Made by a program: the position numbers and the translations under genes. From NCBI GenBank assembly GCA_032718475.1, contig JAUCBJ010008260.1, positions 14,623 to 78,622 on the forward strand: a DNA stretch of 64,000 bases, read 5' to 3'. Under the pieces are notes generated by a model that was given only the letters and a program-made list of their open reading frames with translations, did no database searches and was not told the origin of the DNA. This DNA is from Nemertoderma westbladi (lineage: Eukaryota > Animalia > Xenacoelomorpha). Positions 60,799-64,000 of this stretch are shown in pieces; the stretch's first letter is position 1, and every line of letters begins with the position of its first letter.

Positions 60799-63700
60799 CT
60801 CGATCAAAGAAACCAACGAGGTTATTATTTACCAAACAGTATGACAACAATATTTACTCAATCGCATGTACAGATAAAAAAGGCAGCTATATCTCTTTAT
60901 ATATTATCTCCAAGTCCCCAAGAATAAATTAACGAGGCATTAAATATTAAAGAAGCGTAAACCATCAAATGTTAATAAATCAACTTGGTACAATGAGACA
61001 ATCCTTTTATATTCGGGAACAACTTCCTCCAACAAGAATAAATATTCTGGGCACGGATAAGTTGCTCCCCGATCCAGGATACCCGCAATGTGTCTGAGAG
61101 TTCGCATACAACAATGGGTAGGCACCAAGGTGGAAGTCCACCAACCAGAAACCGATTCGATCCACAAGGCGGTATTTTACTAGGTAATCCAACGGCAGGA
61201 AACGCCGGTGCTATCTTGACTTGTCCGGGAGAAACTTAGTCAAATGGGCTGAATTGGAGGTAGCGCCGGCCGCAAAGCCTTTATCGTTTGTTAGATTACG
61301 ACTGCCGCTGGCGCACTGTGTGCGAAAGATAAGGACCCGAGTTTATAGGAAAAATAATCAATTGAGACGGAAAATTGGTATATAATTCAAATTCCGGGAG
61401 GTTATTAATTGTCAAGCATTCAAATTAATGATAAAGCCTTTGTAGAAAGAAACATCATATATTTATTAATAAATTCTGTGAAAGTAATAAATGTATATAA
61501 AACCAGGGTAGCATCCATATCAAAACCACTCGATAGGCGTACTAAACAGCTAAATTATATATTAATATTTTAGGAATTTATGCTTAATAATAACTGTCAG
61601 TATAGAATAGACACTATAATATTATATATACAATAATATAAAGCCTCGGCGTATGGCAAATAACATATTAAGGGCAGGGCTTGACTGCGCAAGCAATAGG
61701 ATGAGTATTCGTTAACAGTTGCCATCTGTTACTGCATGCATTGCTAACTACTGCACGGAAGACTTAGCTATTATTTCTGTCAGTTACCCTCAGAGAAGAA
61801 GCCCGGAATATTTGACCCACTACTGAATGGGGAGGGATCGAGTATGTGTGCCTGTCTACAGCCTCAAATAACTAGAAACCATATCTTGTGTTTGATTGGT
61901 TGTATTTCTGCCAATTGCGTTATCATTACGTTGTTTTCCTGGGAGAAGGAAGAATATAATTGGTTAGTCAACTAGTCCTTTACTATTATTGCTAATGGGT
62001 TTGTTATGATTCTGAGTTCTTACTAGCCCAGATCATGGCTTTGGAATGTTACCGCTATTCGGCGCTACTGAATTGTGACGACAACGTTTAATTATATTAT
62101 TGTTGTATATATTACAATGTGTTGTTGTGGTTGGTAGTAGTTACCAAGGCCTCATTTATAACGTTATAAAGGACGCATTGGTAGTAACATATGTACTAAA
62201 CTCCGTAACGATATATATTAATTAAATGGGAACACAAAGAAGATTCATTTGCCCAAACATACTCATAATCTTTGGGGTTGAGATGGAAAGAAATATCCCT
62301 CCCTAATGTAGAATTGTAGAATAATTTTGTATTTTAACCAAAGTAATAACTATTTACATACTGTAAATTGTAACACTACAATTTATTACATACTTGTGTG
62401 TAAAGTAGCACTTTACAGTCCGAGTGCTTTGTTACAAGAACGAACGTAGTGAGTGAGTCAGTGAGTTAAAATAAAGCCACGAGGATCAGAACACTGTAAA
62501 GTACTTGGCAACAAGTATGTACTGTACTGTATGTAGTTTTATTCCAAAATTGTAACATCACGAAGTAATTGTATATATATTATAAGTGATAGAAACTGCA
62601 CAAATTATATTAGTTGTAGTATAAATAAATGTGAAAATGACATAAATTATGTTATAAATAAGTTAGGTAGGTGTACCGGTAGGTAGGTCTACCGGTAGGT
62701 ATTGCAGTAGGCCTATCTGGCTGTCAGGCAATTAATAATAAATACCAACTATTGTTTATGTGGTAACCATGACGGCGTGACTTTGCAGTCACGCTGTCGG
62801 GACATTAAATAATAATAATACACCAATACAATACTAATTGTACAGGTCAATCAATTCCATACTGTAATGTCCTCTAAATTTGTAAAGTGCTAATAAATAA
62901 CAACTCGCTGTTAATCCTAACGGCATTGATTAATGTTAAAATTTTGGAATAAAGTAAAGGAAATCTATCAGTGAACGTGTGAAACACTTTGGGCAACTCA
63001 AAGAATATGCCCTTCTCTCTTGGCTATTATCTTTAGCTTTAAGGAAGGGTGGGCACCACACTAACTCCCATGGGTGAACACTTCATAATTATCCAACCCT
63101 TACTTGACTCTCCCAGCAGAAGCTATGTTCCAAATGTAACATTGGGTTAAGCGCTTATGTTTAAAGTATCTTACTTAGGGACACAACAGTGCGAAATTTC
63201 AACAGCAATTAGTCGGATTTGAACCTGCGCTGCCAAATTGTGATGACACGCGTTGTATCCACCCCACAATGCAACATAGATTCAATTTTTATATTTAAAA
63301 AATTTTTTATTTAAATTCAAAGTTGAATGTACTGTACATCATTATTTATGTGACTTGTGTTAGGCGGAATTCTTATAAAATATATCGTGGTAATCGAGTT
63401 GAATAATAACTCTCGCAGATGGTCGATACTGCGCTACCATTTGAACGCTGCCTACCTTTCCCACAAGCAATCGGTCCGACATGGTTCAGTTAGCAATGCA
63501 CGGAGTGGCTAAAACAATGTACTAAATTCTAGGATTGGTAGAGATAGTAACTTTTGTGTTGATGGCACTTGTGACAGGAAATAAGAAATAGATTTATGAT
63601 CAGGATTGAAAATTAATATATCGAGTTATGCTTAAAAACATTATAATTTTTATTTTTCGTTTAGGACAGCTAGCGAAATCGGTTTTAACTTGGAAATGAG

Positions 63701-64000
63701 AAGCCAGTGACTTTCAGGTTGGAATTCCGACGCCATAACCAAACCATCCCAATAGCACAATACACGAATACCATTATGCTGTTTACGGCCGTATGGCCGG
63801 CCAAATGCTGCCCAAAACACTGAATTAGCAATCTGCAGCCACTGTTTTTCAATTCTACAGTAACTTATGATGATCAATTAAATGATTTATAAAACAACTC
63901 ACCCACCCAATGTTATAATTATATATTGAAAAAGATGAACTGCACAGGATAGCGTCATGAGGTCCGAGTCAGGCAGACGTAACTGACGTGAGTGCCATTA

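Noticed and set aside
60940-61192. Additional upstream coding exon of the MAGUK
   Set aside because: No convincing splice signals or recognisable protein; may be 5' UTR.

Overview
AT-rich animal (invertebrate-type) nuclear genomic DNA with spliceosomal introns; nothing prokaryotic. Four protein-coding genes can be reconstructed: intronless HEXIM (+, 4671-5672), three-exon CFAP57/WDR65 (-, 9977-14906), intronless NDUFV2 (-, 19154-19984), and a 16-exon PALS1/MPP5/Stardust-like MAGUK (-, 26487-60798). The MAGUK model was built by hand, has consistent intron phases throughout, and carries an extra N-terminal PDZ domain. The rest is LINE fragments, MITE/foldback elements, a Helitron-like element, a tRNA-derived SINE and several tandem arrays. 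Main finding: two arrays in the MAGUK gene are amplified copies of its own exon-intron junctions. A ~9-kb array holds ~265 copies of the exon-14 splice donor, and each 34-nt unit itself starts GT and ends AG. A second array holds 9 copies of the exon-3 splice acceptor. Other arrays also carry splice-signal-like motifs. HEXIM is unusual too: PENT instead of PYNT, a Ser-Pro/His-rich tail with YSPT/YSPA motifs, and ~50 CACGTG E-boxes just after the stop codon. Gene models rest on sequence reading and recalled homology, not on searches or RNA data.
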